A stretch of DNA of 64,000 nucleotides from a virus. A program made the position numbers and the translations under genes. Every line of letters starts with the position of its first letter. Positions within the stretch are counted from its first letter, which is position 1. The stretch spans positions 1-64,000 of the IMG/VR virus record IMGVR_UViG_3300032073_005220; one strand, given 5' to 3'. The notes beneath the pieces are model-generated. The model saw only the letters and a program-made list of their open reading frames with translations, did no database searches and was not told where the DNA came from. This document shows, in pieces, positions 28,664-38,500 of this stretch.

Positions 28664-29563
28664 ATGTCTAATTGTGTTCGTCCGTCAACATTCGACGGCA
28701 TTGTGGGTCAGCAGGACGTTGTTCAACGCTTGAGGATCATCGTAGCTGGCTGTAAAAAAACTAGGCAAGCTATGTCTCATACTTTAATAGACGGGCCTCC
28801 CGGCCTTGGTAAGACTACCATAGCTAGTGCCATAGCTAAAGAGATGGATGTGAATCTATATACTGTGAATGCGGCAAATATTAGAAGTATAAAACATATT
28901 ATTCCATACTTGATGGGTTTAGAGGGACGATCTGTATTGTTTATTGATGAAATTCACAGACTTCCTAAATTGGTAGAAGAATTTTTATATCCCGTGATGG
29001 AAGATTATCGTATGGATATTCTTACTGATGGAAAACCTGAAACTATTGATCTTCCTGTGTTTACGTTAGTAGGTGCTACAACAAGTGGCGGCAGTTTAAG
29101 TCAGCCTTTCTATGATAGGTTTGTTATTAAAGAACATCTAAAGTTTTACTCTGCTGAAGAGTTAGCTAAACTAGCAGGATCAAATGCTGACAAGATTGGA
29201 GTTGATGTGTCTCCAGAACAAATGATTCAGATAGCTAGAAGAAGCAAAGGTACTCCCAGGATTTTAAACGCAAGACTACAATGGTATAGAAATTACACTT
29301 CTTTTTATGAAGATAAAGAATGTACTATGGACGATGTGTTTAGTAGTCAGGGCATAGACGAAAACGGCTTTGATTGCAATGACAACTCGTATCTACAAGT
29401 TTTAAAAAATAACAGAGGTAATCCTTTGGGTATCAAAAGTATATCTTCAATGACCGGCATAGCTATGGAAACTATTGAAAATAATATAGAGCCTTACATG
29501 GTCAGAATGGGATATGTTGTTAGAACTCAAAAGGGTAGAGTAGTAGGGAATGGTTGTCCATGA
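28664..29563 (+). CDS. ruvB: Holliday junction branch-migration ATPase RuvB
   Basis: RPSTF, GPPGLGKTT, LFIDEIHRL, LYPVMED, GATT, GTPR, IEPY, RTQKGR. Confidence 0.93.
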   Translation: MSNCVRPSTFDGIVGQQDVVQRLRIIVAGCKKTRQAMSHTLIDGPPGLGKTTIASAIAKEMDVNLYTVNAANIRSIKHIIPYLMGLEGRSVLFIDEIHRLPKLVEEFLYPVMEDYRMDILTDGKPETIDLPVFTLVGATTSGGSLSQPFYDRFVIKEHLKFYSAEELAKLAGSNADKIGVDVSPEQMIQIARRSKGTPRILNARLQWYRNYTSFYEDKECTMDDVFSSQGIDENGFDCNDNSYLQVLKNNRGNPLGIKSISSMTGIAMETIENNIEPYMVRMGYVVRTQKGRVVGNGCP

Positions 29564-30183
29564 AAAAAACTATAGTTATAACTGGCTGCGGAGGTAGATT
29601 AGGTCAACAATTTATAAGCTGTTATCAAAATACTTATAATATATACGGCATATCTACTAAAGACAAGAGAAATAATTTACAGTACAACCACATTAATAGA
29701 GGTCTTGGTATGTACAATGAAATTATTGATAGCATTCCAGACATAGACTGTTGGATTAATAATGCTTATTCATACAATATGATAGACCCTAAAAAATATG
29801 ATCATGGTTTTTTGCAAGAAATCCATGTTGGACTAGTAGTTCCTTATGAATCATCTTGCTATCTATATAAAACTTGGGAGAGTAAAGCTGATTGGTCTGC
29901 AAACAAAAGCATATTAAATATTTCTAGTATAGCAGGTATTAATTTTTATGATATTATTCAAACCACTTATGGGGCTTGTAAGTCTGGAATGAACAGGATG
30001 ACTATAGACCTAGCTAAATCTTTTGCTGGAAAAATAAGAGTTAATGCTATCTGTCCTAACAGTTTCCCCTATTACGTTACTTATGAAACCATTCTTAGTA
30101 GTATGCAAAACTTTATAGAAGGTAAAGAAACAGCTACCTTGCACGTTCTAGACCAGAATAATAACTATAAAATAAACGGCTAA
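29560..30183 (+). CDS. Short-chain dehydrogenase/reductase
   Basis: TGCGGRLG, INNA, NISS, YGACK, IRVNAICP. Confidence 0.85.
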   Translation: MKKTIVITGCGGRLGQQFISCYQNTYNIYGISTKDKRNNLQYNHINRGLGMYNEIIDSIPDIDCWINNAYSYNMIDPKKYDHGFLQEIHVGLVVPYESSCYLYKTWESKADWSANKSILNISSIAGINFYDIIQTTYGACKSGMNRMTIDLAKSFAGKIRVNAICPNSFPYYVTYETILSSMQNFIEGKETATLHVLDQNNNYKING

Positions 30184-30256
30184 ATTTAGCCATATTCTAC
30201 TATCTGATTGCTCCATAAATGCACCTTTTCGGTGTATTTTTTTTTGGAGATATATA

Positions 30257-30562
30257 ATGTCAAATACTTTAGAAATATTACTGATAATAACTTTAGCCAT
30301 ATTAATTTTTAGTGCTGGTCTATATGTTGGTAGATTTATGAACAATAGTCATACAGAAACCAAACCCTCTAGCTTTTTGAAAAGCCAAGGTAGAAAGAAT
30401 ACTGGTCAAAATAGCAATATAGAAATTGATGATACAAAAGTGGTTTTAAAAGTAGACACAGGTGGTATGGAGAAAAAATTTGACAAAATGACAGAATCTA
30501 AAAGTGTCAAAAATGATATTTCTAGTTCTGTAAACAAACTTAAAAGCATGAAAGGTAAATAA
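30257..30562 (+). CDS. Single-pass membrane protein
   Basis: N-terminal TM; IEIDDTKVV; basic C-terminal helix; stop abuts the actin-like gene. Confidence 0.65.
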   Translation: MSNTLEILLIITLAILIFSAGLYVGRFMNNSHTETKPSSFLKSQGRKNTGQNSNIEIDDTKVVLKVDTGGMEKKFDKMTESKSVKNDISSSVNKLKSMKGK

Positions 30563-30563
30563 T

Positions 30564-31565
30564 ATGATAGGTCTTGATGTCGGCACAAGTTTTATTGTTG
30601 CTTCTTCTTACAATGGAGATAAAATCGAGTTTAATGACTTTAGAGATGCCTTTTATGTAATTAAACCAACCACACCTATTGCTACAAAGATGGTAGAAAA
30701 AGGTCTGAAGGGTAAAATATTTATTAAAGATACAGATGGTTCTTTTGTGATACTAGGAAAAGACGCTATAGAAAAAGCAGTAGAAAGAAATGAAACTGCT
30801 CGCCGCCCTATGTATAGAGGCGTAGTATCTGTTAAAGAAAAAGACGCGAAAAGAATATTGGCTTATATACTAAAAGAAGTTGTAGGTCAAGCAAGCGAAC
30901 CTAACGAAAAGCTGGTTTTCTGTGTTCCTGCGCAGCCAGTGGATCAAGAAGATGATGATTTTGACGTAGGCTATCATGAGGATGTAGTAAAGACTATCTT
31001 ATCAGAAGTTGGATATGATGCTAGGTCAGTAAACGAAGCTGAAGCATTATGTTATTCTGAATTAGAAGATAGCGATTATACCGGGATTGGTATTAGTTGT
31101 GGGGCAGGTATGACAAATGTTTGTGTCATGCTTAACGGCGAACCAACCGTAGTCTTTAGTACAACAAAGTCAGGTGATTGGGTAGACCGTATGAGTGCTG
31201 TAGCTACCGGAGAACCAGATAGCGTTGTTCAGGTTGAGAAAGAAGGTGGTGGTTTTAAAGTAGGCGAACCAAATGATAGTCCTGTATTAAGTGCGGTAGC
31301 ATCTTATTACGACAGACTAGTAGAGTATACAGCCAAACAATTATCTTCAGCTTTAGCTGGACACAAATCGTTACCTAAATTTAAAAATGCTATTAAAGTT
31401 GTAGTTGCTGGTGGCACATCACAGGCAGATGGATACATTGAGAAACTTCATGAGAAATTATTAGCAGCAGAATTCCCTTTAGAGATAGAAGTAGTCAAGC
31501 ACGCCGCCGATCCACTTCATTCTGTATCCAAGGGGTGTTTAATTGCTGCTAGTATACTAGAGTAA
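30564..31565 (+). CDS. Actin-fold ATPase (MreB/MamK/FtsA superfamily)
   Basis: IGLDVGT phosphate-1, RRPM..GV, NEAEA, GAGMTN phosphate-2, VAGGTS adenosine motif, SVSKG. Confidence 0.8.
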   Translation: MIGLDVGTSFIVASSYNGDKIEFNDFRDAFYVIKPTTPIATKMVEKGLKGKIFIKDTDGSFVILGKDAIEKAVERNETARRPMYRGVVSVKEKDAKRILAYILKEVVGQASEPNEKLVFCVPAQPVDQEDDDFDVGYHEDVVKTILSEVGYDARSVNEAEALCYSELEDSDYTGIGISCGAGMTNVCVMLNGEPTVVFSTTKSGDWVDRMSAVATGEPDSVVQVEKEGGGFKVGEPNDSPVLSAVASYYDRLVEYTAKQLSSALAGHKSLPKFKNAIKVVVAGGTSQADGYIEKLHEKLLAAEFPLEIEVVKHAADPLHSVSKGCLIAASILE

Positions 31566-31575
31566 GTAATTATGT

Positions 31576-32256
31576 ATGGTAAATTTACTTGAAAATCCAT
31601 TTAATTTTTTTCAACACATATACTGTATATCTTTACCTCAATCCTCAGATAGAAAAACAACCATATCCAAACATTTTGAAAATTTAAAAATAAAAGATAG
31701 AGTTGAATTTATATATGTCGATGCTCCTGCTGGAAATTTTAAAAATACAAATTTCAAAAAAGCAGGAGTATTAGGATGCTCTTTAAGTCATATGAAAGCC
31801 GTATACGACGCAGTTGACAAACAATATGATAACTGCTTAATTATAGAAGATGATGCTTTTTTTAGTCAAGACTACCATTGGAGAATGATTGCTGGATTAT
31901 CCGAATTACCAAAAGATTGGGATATACTGTATTTTGGAGGTAGTCCTCATGAGAAATTAATACCAATGTCTTCTCAATTATCTAAATCGGGAGCAATGCT
32001 TGGTACTATAGCTTATGCATTAAATGCTAAATACTATAACAAAATTTTAAATTCGTATTTCGGTGATATTGGCAAAAAATTTCCTGCATGTTGTGCCGAT
32101 AATATTTTAAAAAATCTAAACAAACAAAATAAATCATATACTTTTGATCCTTATATGTGTGAGACACACGAAGGTATTAGTTTGATAGAAAATAGACACA
32201 CATCATATCATAACTATATTCATGGAATATGGCAAATACACAGTCAAAGAATGTAG
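31576..32256 (+). CDS. GT25-family glycosyltransferase
   Basis: YCISL...DR, GCSLSH, LIIEDDA, WDILYFG. Confidence 0.82.
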   Translation: MVNLLENPFNFFQHIYCISLPQSSDRKTTISKHFENLKIKDRVEFIYVDAPAGNFKNTNFKKAGVLGCSLSHMKAVYDAVDKQYDNCLIIEDDAFFSQDYHWRMIAGLSELPKDWDILYFGGSPHEKLIPMSSQLSKSGAMLGTIAYALNAKYYNKILNSYFGDIGKKFPACCADNILKNLNKQNKSYTFDPYMCETHEGISLIENRHTSYHNYIHGIWQIHSQRM

Positions 32257-32264
32257 GTAGTCAT

Positions 32265-32954
32265 ATGCAAGACACATCTAGCCATCCAAGCCCTTTTAGT
32301 TTTTTTGCTCACATTTACTGTATCTCTTTACCAAGATCAAAGGAAAGAAAACAATTTGCGTCTGAACACTTCAAGGAATTAGGTATAGAGAATAAAGTTA
32401 AATGGATATTTGCAGAACCTCCGTATGGAGATTTTAGTAAAACCAACTTTAAAAAAGCTGGCATATTAGGAGCTTCTTTAAGTCACATGAGAGCCATATA
32501 TGATTCAGTCTCTAATATGTATAGTAACTGTTTAATACTAGAAGATGACATTTTTTTTAGTGAAGATTATTTTAATAGAATGAATATTGGACTATCTGAA
32601 TTGCCAGATGATTGGGATATTTTATATCTAGGAGGCAGTCCTAAAGACAAATTGATTCCAGTGTCTTCTGAGTTATCCAAGCCAGAAAATATGCTTGGAG
32701 CAATAGCCTATGCAATAAATTTTGAACATCAAAAAAGAATTTTAAACCAATATTTCAAAAAGATTACATCTAACTTTCCAGAAAATTGCGCAGATAATAT
32801 CATCAACGATTTGAATAATTCATGCAATAGTTATACATTCGATCCTTATGTATGTGAAACCCACAATGGGTATAGCGAAGTACAAAACGCACACAGAGCA
32901 TGGCAGCAGCATATTCGTGGTTATTGGGAAAAGGCCAGTACAAGATATGAATAA
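32265..32954 (+). CDS. GT25-family glycosyltransferase (tandem paralog)
   Basis: Colinear with 31576: TNFKKAG.LG.SLSHM, LILEDD, WDILY, YTFDPY.CETH. Confidence 0.82.
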   Translation: MQDTSSHPSPFSFFAHIYCISLPRSKERKQFASEHFKELGIENKVKWIFAEPPYGDFSKTNFKKAGILGASLSHMRAIYDSVSNMYSNCLILEDDIFFSEDYFNRMNIGLSELPDDWDILYLGGSPKDKLIPVSSELSKPENMLGAIAYAINFEHQKRILNQYFKKITSNFPENCADNIINDLNNSCNSYTFDPYVCETHNGYSEVQNAHRAWQQHIRGYWEKASTRYE

Positions 32955-33510
32955 AGAAATATTATTATCGAACATAGTAGAACATAAAAATATCGCAATA
33001 GTCGGTAATGCATTGTCTTTATTTAATAAAAATTATGGGCCTGAAATAGATAGTTGCAATATTGTATGTAGAATTAATGCAGGAGGTCTCATAATAGACA
33101 CAAAACAACAAGGAAGCAAAACTGATATATGGGCATATAATACTTTTGGGCTAATTACTGATAGTGTTTATTATAAAGGAGATATATTCTTTATACATCT
33201 GTGGAGGTCTCGAAGACAAACAAAAGAAAGTAAAATATTCACCGATTATTTTTATAGTATACATATGTTAGATCTTTTAATTAATAAACTAAACAGCAAT
33301 AATCCTAGTAGCGGATTAATGTTGATTGATCTTCTTTGTTATTTTAAACCTAAGTCTATTAAATTATTTGGTTTTGATTGGAATGAAACGCCGACATACT
33401 ATCATGACAATAACAAGCGGTGTCATAAGTATCCTCATAATTTTGAATTAGAAAGACGGTTTATACAAAACAATTACATTGCAAAAAACTTAGTAACAGT
33501 AATGGAGTAG
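32947..33510 (+). CDS. GT29 (sialyltransferase)-like protein
   Basis: IAIVGNA...GPEIDS...VCRIN...GSKTD (sialyl motif L-like), PSSG, LFGFD, H...E. Confidence 0.7.
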   Translation: MNKEILLSNIVEHKNIAIVGNALSLFNKNYGPEIDSCNIVCRINAGGLIIDTKQQGSKTDIWAYNTFGLITDSVYYKGDIFFIHLWRSRRQTKESKIFTDYFYSIHMLDLLINKLNSNNPSSGLMLIDLLCYFKPKSIKLFGFDWNETPTYYHDNNKRCHKYPHNFELERRFIQNNYIAKNLVTVME

Positions 33511-33513
33511 ATT

Positions 33514-33834
33514 ATGAATTTATTATCTATATTTAGAAAAGAAGTAAGATATGCCGTCAGATCGCCGGGATGGTCTGCACTACGAAAGAAACATATAGAA
33601 AAACAACCATGTTGTCAGGCATGTGGGTCTTGTAAAAGACCGGAAGTGCATCATATTGTGCCGGTTCATCTAGACCCATCAAAAGAGCTAGACCCTGATA
33701 ATCTTATAACTTTATGCGATAAATACTGTCATTTCCTTTTCGGCCATTTAATGAATTATAAAAGCTGGAATACTAATGTTATAGAAGATTCTAAGGTGTA
33801 TTATAATAAGGTTAAAAATAAACCCTTCAAATAA
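33514..33834 (+). CDS. HNH endonuclease
   Basis: CQACG..EVHHIVP...NLITLC...CH...GH. Confidence 0.85.
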   Translation: MNLLSIFRKEVRYAVRSPGWSALRKKHIEKQPCCQACGSCKRPEVHHIVPVHLDPSKELDPDNLITLCDKYCHFLFGHLMNYKSWNTNVIEDSKVYYNKVKNKPFK

Positions 33835-33853
33835 TAATGAAAGGGGTATTGAG

Positions 33854-34636
33854 ATGAAATACCTTATTGTAGCAATACTATTGCTTTTGCCTATTCAGGC
33901 TTATTGCGGAACTATTGACCCTACCGTTTCTGACGCTAAATATTTAGAGTACGGAGAGAAATATGAGTGTGTTTTACCCATATTAGGAGTCATGAATAAT
34001 GATTTAAATGCGCAGTTTAGGGGGTCTTGCGTAGTCATAGATGAATATCACATACTAACTGCTGCTCATGTTGTACACAATTCCATAACTCAGCATGTAA
34101 TATATAAAAATGAAGCATATCCTTGCTCAATCGTAGCTGTTCACGGAGATTATAAGTCCGGTGTTATGGGCAAAAACGATATTGCTATAGCTAGATTGCA
34201 AAGACCAATAAAATTAGACTTTTATCCCGAATTGTATAAAGACAGAGACGAAGTTGATAAAGTCTGCGGCCTTTCTGGGTTCGGTCATCACGGAGATTTT
34301 AATAGTGGATGGATTATGAGTACTTTTGATAATCAAAGAAGGGCTGGATCGAATATTATTGACGGAGTAAGCAAGAATGTATTACAGTACTCTGTACACT
34401 CAGGAGATAAAACAGAATTAGAGTTTTTAATATGTCCGGGAGATAGCGGAGGAGGTTTATTTATAGATAAAAAATTAGCAGGTATACACTCTTATGTTTC
34501 TGCCACTGATGGTAAGGGAGATTCTGATTATGGAGATATTGGTTGTAGCACAAGAGTAAGTGATTATGTAGAGTGGATAGAAAAAGTTAAAACAGTGCTT
34601 AGTGAAGCTATAAAAGCAGCCAAAGCAGCACAATGA
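33854..34636 (+). CDS. Secreted trypsin-like serine protease (S1)
   Basis: Signal peptide; LTAAHV, DIA, GDSGGG catalytic triad. Confidence 0.9.
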   Translation: MKYLIVAILLLLPIQAYCGTIDPTVSDAKYLEYGEKYECVLPILGVMNNDLNAQFRGSCVVIDEYHILTAAHVVHNSITQHVIYKNEAYPCSIVAVHGDYKSGVMGKNDIAIARLQRPIKLDFYPELYKDRDEVDKVCGLSGFGHHGDFNSGWIMSTFDNQRRAGSNIIDGVSKNVLQYSVHSGDKTELEFLICPGDSGGGLFIDKKLAGIHSYVSATDGKGDSDYGDIGCSTRVSDYVEWIEKVKTVLSEAIKAAKAAQ

Positions 34637-34637
34637 T

Positions 34638-35237
34638 TTACGAAATTCTTTCCATCAGACCATAACACTGTATAAATTTACATCTATTCATATAGATTTG
34701 ACGAAGCATATACAATTTTTCCCATTGAGAGTTGTGAAACTTAGTGGATATCTTAGAATTGAATCCAACTAATATTATCTCGTCACGATAATTTTTAATA
34801 TCCATAAAGTATTCGTATGCTATCATTCCAGTACTTATGTTTTTACCAGATGGATAACCTATCTTATTTCTTATGCTTGTTTTATTTGAATCTAGAATTC
34901 CTAGCTTATCATCATCAAAACGATATTTGTCTATTTCTCTTTGATAAAATCTTTTTGAAATTTCAGACATATAAGAAGGATGTGTATGGAAATATATCTT
35001 TTTAAATAATTCTTGATCCTGTTTTAATTGCTTTATATTTGCGTATGCTTCTTTACCGTGTTTTCTCTCTGCTGTTTTCCTGGATATACAGATTTTATTA
35101 TCATAGTCAAGCACTTCTTGGAACCTCAGAGGCCATAGATAATTAAATAAAACTAGTAAGTTTTCTCCGTCTAATTCTAATTTATCAATAGACTGTTGTG
35201 TAATGTCTGTGTTATTAGCTATAATGTAATATTTCAT
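34638..35237 (-). CDS. Divergent GT29-like protein
   Basis: YIIANN, ISTG, ILVGF, H....EK pattern. Confidence 0.45.
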   Translation of the reverse strand: MKYYIIANNTDITQQSIDKLELDGENLLVLFNYLWPLRFQEVLDYDNKICISRKTAERKHGKEAYANIKQLKQDQELFKKIYFHTHPSYMSEISKRFYQREIDKYRFDDDKLGILDSNKTSIRNKIGYPSGKNISTGMIAYEYFMDIKNYRDEIILVGFNSKISTKFHNSQWEKLYMLRQIYMNRCKFIQCYGLMERIS

Positions 35238-35845
35238 GAATGACACGCCCAATTAGTTTCGTGAGGCTTAGGTTTTCCGTGATAACATATAACACTGGCT
35301 TCTTTTGGCTCTTTGTTTTTACAGTGCAGCTTAAAAGAAACCACAGAATTTGCTTTGAGTTTTTGAAAGAGTAAAAGTACAGGACTAAGAATAGGAGCTA
35401 TAAAATCCTGATCTCCTCTAAAATTTTCCATCCAATGCGAAGGATCTTTGATCCATTTATTCCAAACAATTCCTCTATATTTTTCTGGAAGCCACATAAC
35501 ACCAGACCCTATATCTGTGTGAAACGGAGCAATCATAATCGGAAAAGGATTATTAAAACACATGTCGTATATATCTTGTAAGTTATTACAAATAACTGTG
35601 TCTAAATCAAAATACAAAATATCTCCTTTGATGTCCGGCCTAAATAATTCCATTTTAGACCACCATCCAGGCCAGTTATATTTTAATGGCGTAGTAGTGT
35701 CTGGGTTATTGGATAAGCAAACGAAATTAATTTCTATATTATCTGGTGTGTGTTTTTCTATACCTGCTTGTAATCTTTTTATATATTCTATGTTGTATAC
35801 ATTGCTGGGTTCTTTTAATACGAAATAAATAATTATGTTCTTCAT
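35234..35845 (-). CDS. GT8-like glycosyltransferase
   Basis: WPGWWSKMELFRP, YFDLD (DxD), GDQDF, YHGKPKP. Confidence 0.75.
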   Translation of the reverse strand: MKNIIIYFVLKEPSNVYNIEYIKRLQAGIEKHTPDNIEINFVCLSNNPDTTTPLKYNWPGWWSKMELFRPDIKGDILYFDLDTVICNNLQDIYDMCFNNPFPIMIAPFHTDIGSGVMWLPEKYRGIVWNKWIKDPSHWMENFRGDQDFIAPILSPVLLLFQKLKANSVVSFKLHCKNKEPKEASVICYHGKPKPHETNWACHS

Positions 35846-36192
35846 GTGTCTATACTTTTCCCGCAGCTCTCTCTGATAATATCTTCCCCGTCTAATTCTA
35901 CAAAATACATTTCTAAAGCCAATGTATCTTCTAAAGCAGAAAACCTGTGTAGTAATCCTGGAGTTACACAAGTACTCTGTCCATCAGTTATTATAGTTTG
36001 ATCAACTAGGTCATAATCCTTCTGCCAAACTTCTATTTTAAGCTTTCCTTTTTCTACATAAAATACATTGTGCTTATGCAGGTGATAATGTTTTGAGCAC
36101 ATATAGCCTTTATTCACTTCTATACGATGCACAGCAACATTATTTTTATCAAACAGACATTCTGTATTACCCCAAATTTTTCCTTGTATCAT
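35842..36192 (-). CDS. Cupin (sugar isomerase-like)
   Basis: GKIWG, SKHYH..K.N.FYVEKG, HRF.A. Confidence 0.75.
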   Translation of the reverse strand: MIQGKIWGNTECLFDKNNVAVHRIEVNKGYMCSKHYHLHKHNVFYVEKGKLKIEVWQKDYDLVDQTIITDGQSTCVTPGLLHRFSALEDTLALEMYFVELDGEDIIRESCGKSIDT

Positions 36193-36253
36193 ATTGTCAA
36201 CCTTTAGTGTATACTAATTATAACTACATTATAATGACCAAAGGAGATAACTA

Positions 36254-37177
36254 ATGTTTTTTAGCCGCAAAGATTCTTTTCTTTTTCCTTATGTAAAAGA
36301 AGACATATATTCAAATTTCGCAAATCGTCAAGAAGTTCCTTGGTCAATAGGACAATATAATATACCCCGTTTATGGGGCAAATATACCGGAAGAAATGTA
36401 GTAGTTGCTGTCATTGATAGTGGTTGTCAGCTAGATCATCCAGATTTAAAGGAGAACTACATAGAAGGCTATAATACCATAAATAAGAATAAAGATCCTA
36501 TGGACGAAAATGGTCACGGTACTCATGTCGCTGGTACAATAGCAGCTATGAATAATCATCAGGGGGTTGTTGGAGTAGCGCCTGATACAAAAATTATGCC
36601 TATTAAAGTATTTGATAAAAGCGGCTCAGGATCAACAGCTAACGTGGCTAGTGCTGTAGAGTGGGCTGGTAAAAATGGAGCAGATATTATTTGTATGTCT
36701 TTAGGGTCAAAACATGGTAGTAGACATTTAGAAAAAGCAATTACGGGAGCATTAAACAGAGGCGCTGTGTGTTTCTGTGCTGCTGGTAATTCTGGAGAAA
36801 AAACTGACATACTTTATCCAGCCAAATTTGAGTTAACCGTTAGCACAGGAGCTATAGATATAAATCAAAATAGAACACTATTTAGTTGTAGTGGAGAAGA
36901 GTTAGACTTTTTAGCGCCCGGAGCAGATATATTAAGTACTATGATGAATGGTCGTTACGCTGTTATGAGTGGTACTAGCATGGCAAACCCATACGTGGTT
37001 GGGTGTGCGGCATTACTTTGTGAGTGGGCTAAGAAGCACAGAATTAAATTAACAACAGCCGATGATTATATTGGGCATCTCAAAAAGTATACTACGTCTT
37101 TAAAAAATGCAAAGTATAAAAATAATAAATCTTATGAGGGTAATGGAATATTAGACCCAAGAAAATTTAATTTTTAG
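36254..37177 (+). CDS. Subtilisin-like S8 serine protease
   Basis: IDSG, HGTHVAG, AAGN, SGTSMA. Confidence 0.95.
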   Translation: MFFSRKDSFLFPYVKEDIYSNFANRQEVPWSIGQYNIPRLWGKYTGRNVVVAVIDSGCQLDHPDLKENYIEGYNTINKNKDPMDENGHGTHVAGTIAAMNNHQGVVGVAPDTKIMPIKVFDKSGSGSTANVASAVEWAGKNGADIICMSLGSKHGSRHLEKAITGALNRGAVCFCAAGNSGEKTDILYPAKFELTVSTGAIDINQNRTLFSCSGEELDFLAPGADILSTMMNGRYAVMSGTSMANPYVVGCAALLCEWAKKHRIKLTTADDYIGHLKKYTTSLKNAKYKNNKSYEGNGILDPRKFNF

Positions 37178-37487
37178 TTTTCTCTTGATTTTTATAGTAA
37201 GAAAAATATGGTGTTTGTTGAGGGTCAACACCCAACCACTGTAATACCATAACGGCTATTCGTCGTTCTTTCTGTATTTCTCGATACTCAGATCTATCAG
37301 CGTCATAAACATCATTGTATATTGTCTGATGCTGATATTGTACTTGATTATGAGTAGTCAAGCGACTTCCGTTGTTAGCGAAGTTCATGAATCTGCCCAT
37401 ACTATTACCAACCATTTGTTGAGCAAAAACATTACTCGAACAACAAATTACAAAAACTGTTAATAAAATTTTTCTAAACATAGCCAA
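37167..37487 (-). CDS. Secreted hypothetical protein
   Basis: Signal peptide ending VFA. Confidence 0.5.
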   Translation of the reverse strand: MAMFRKILLTVFVICCSSNVFAQQMVGNSMGRFMNFANNGSRLTTHNQVQYQHQTIYNDVYDADRSEYREIQKERRIAVMVLQWLGVDPQQTPYFSYYKNQEKTKN

Positions 37488-37549
37488 TCTTTCTTTTGAA
37501 GTATATAACTATTTATAGTAACCTACCTCTGTGATTCGAGCAAGGTCGT

Positions 37550-38500
37550 TTATGCTTGGAAATTATTCTTAAAAAGTTTGTAAAAACATTTCTCATTTTC
37601 ATCTATGTCGTAGTAAGCAGGATCTCCTTTTATATCATGCCACCACTGAGAGAAGTAGAACTTATTGTATAAATGTGGATGTTTTAAAGCCACACACGAA
37701 AGCAATTCTTCTTCTAGAGTAACAACATCATTATCTAGACATATCTGTAGTCCTTCATCGAAATCTTTATGTACAGAGTTTATAGAATTAGGATCTCCTC
37801 CAAATAAACCTCCTACTATATAATCTATATGTTTATGTCCTAGAGGTGCTATTAACTCTTTAATTCTAGGTCTTATAGGCATTTCTTCTTTTATTATTGT
37901 TAGAAATTTTTCTTTATAATTAGATAGAAACTTACCCATGTTAGGAGTAAAAATACTAGATTTATTTTCTGGATAATACAACTCAGGTCTGTTCTCTTGT
38001 TTGCTGAATTTTTCTCTGCCTCCAAATTTTTCAGGGAAAATACCGTGGTGAAATAACCCACCGTCTATCCAAAAAAAACTATTAGAGTTGTAAGTGTTAG
38101 TATTAACCGCTTCGTTTAACCAGTAAAGCTTAGATAGACACAGAGTATGATTTCTGTCATTATATGTGTAAGGAATATCTGATTTTAATCTATCTTCAAA
38201 AAACCATCCAGAATTTCTTTTTATCTCTAATATTCTAGAGCCATATTGAAAATCATTAAGATTTTGTATTATAATCTTATAATCGCCAGATCGGTGTTTC
38301 CTCATAAACTTATCTAATTTGCCAAAGACTTTTTCGTGCGTATATATAATAATAGGTAAATCTAATTTTAATATATTTAAGAAAGGAGGTGAATAAAAAT
38401 CAAAACACCACCCTCTCCCTCCTATAATTTCATCGTAGCTGTGGTGGTATAATGCTGTAACTAAAGTAGCTTTACTTTCTGTTGTTTTTACAGTATCCAT
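37550..38500 (-). CDS. HtrL/WlaTC-like glycosyltransferase
   Basis: TLVTALY, SK, FFWIDGG, GGLFGG, EE. Confidence 0.65.
   Translation of the reverse strand: MDTVKTTESKATLVTALYHHSYDEIIGGRGWCFDFYSPPFLNILKLDLPIIIYTHEKVFGKLDKFMRKHRSGDYKIIIQNLNDFQYGSRILEIKRNSGWFFEDRLKSDIPYTYNDRNHTLCLSKLYWLNEAVNTNTYNSNSFFWIDGGLFHHGIFPEKFGGREKFSKQENRPELYYPENKSSIFTPNMGKFLSNYKEKFLTIIKEEMPIRPRIKELIAPLGHKHIDYIVGGLFGGDPNSINSVHKDFDEGLQICLDNDVVTLEEELLSCVALKHPHLYNKFYFSQWWHDIKGDPAYYDIDENEKCFYKLFKNNFQA

Noticed and set aside
33514-33834. HNH gene as an intron-encoded or mobile element
   Set aside because: Free-standing, flanking genes are intact, and no intron structure or target duplication is seen
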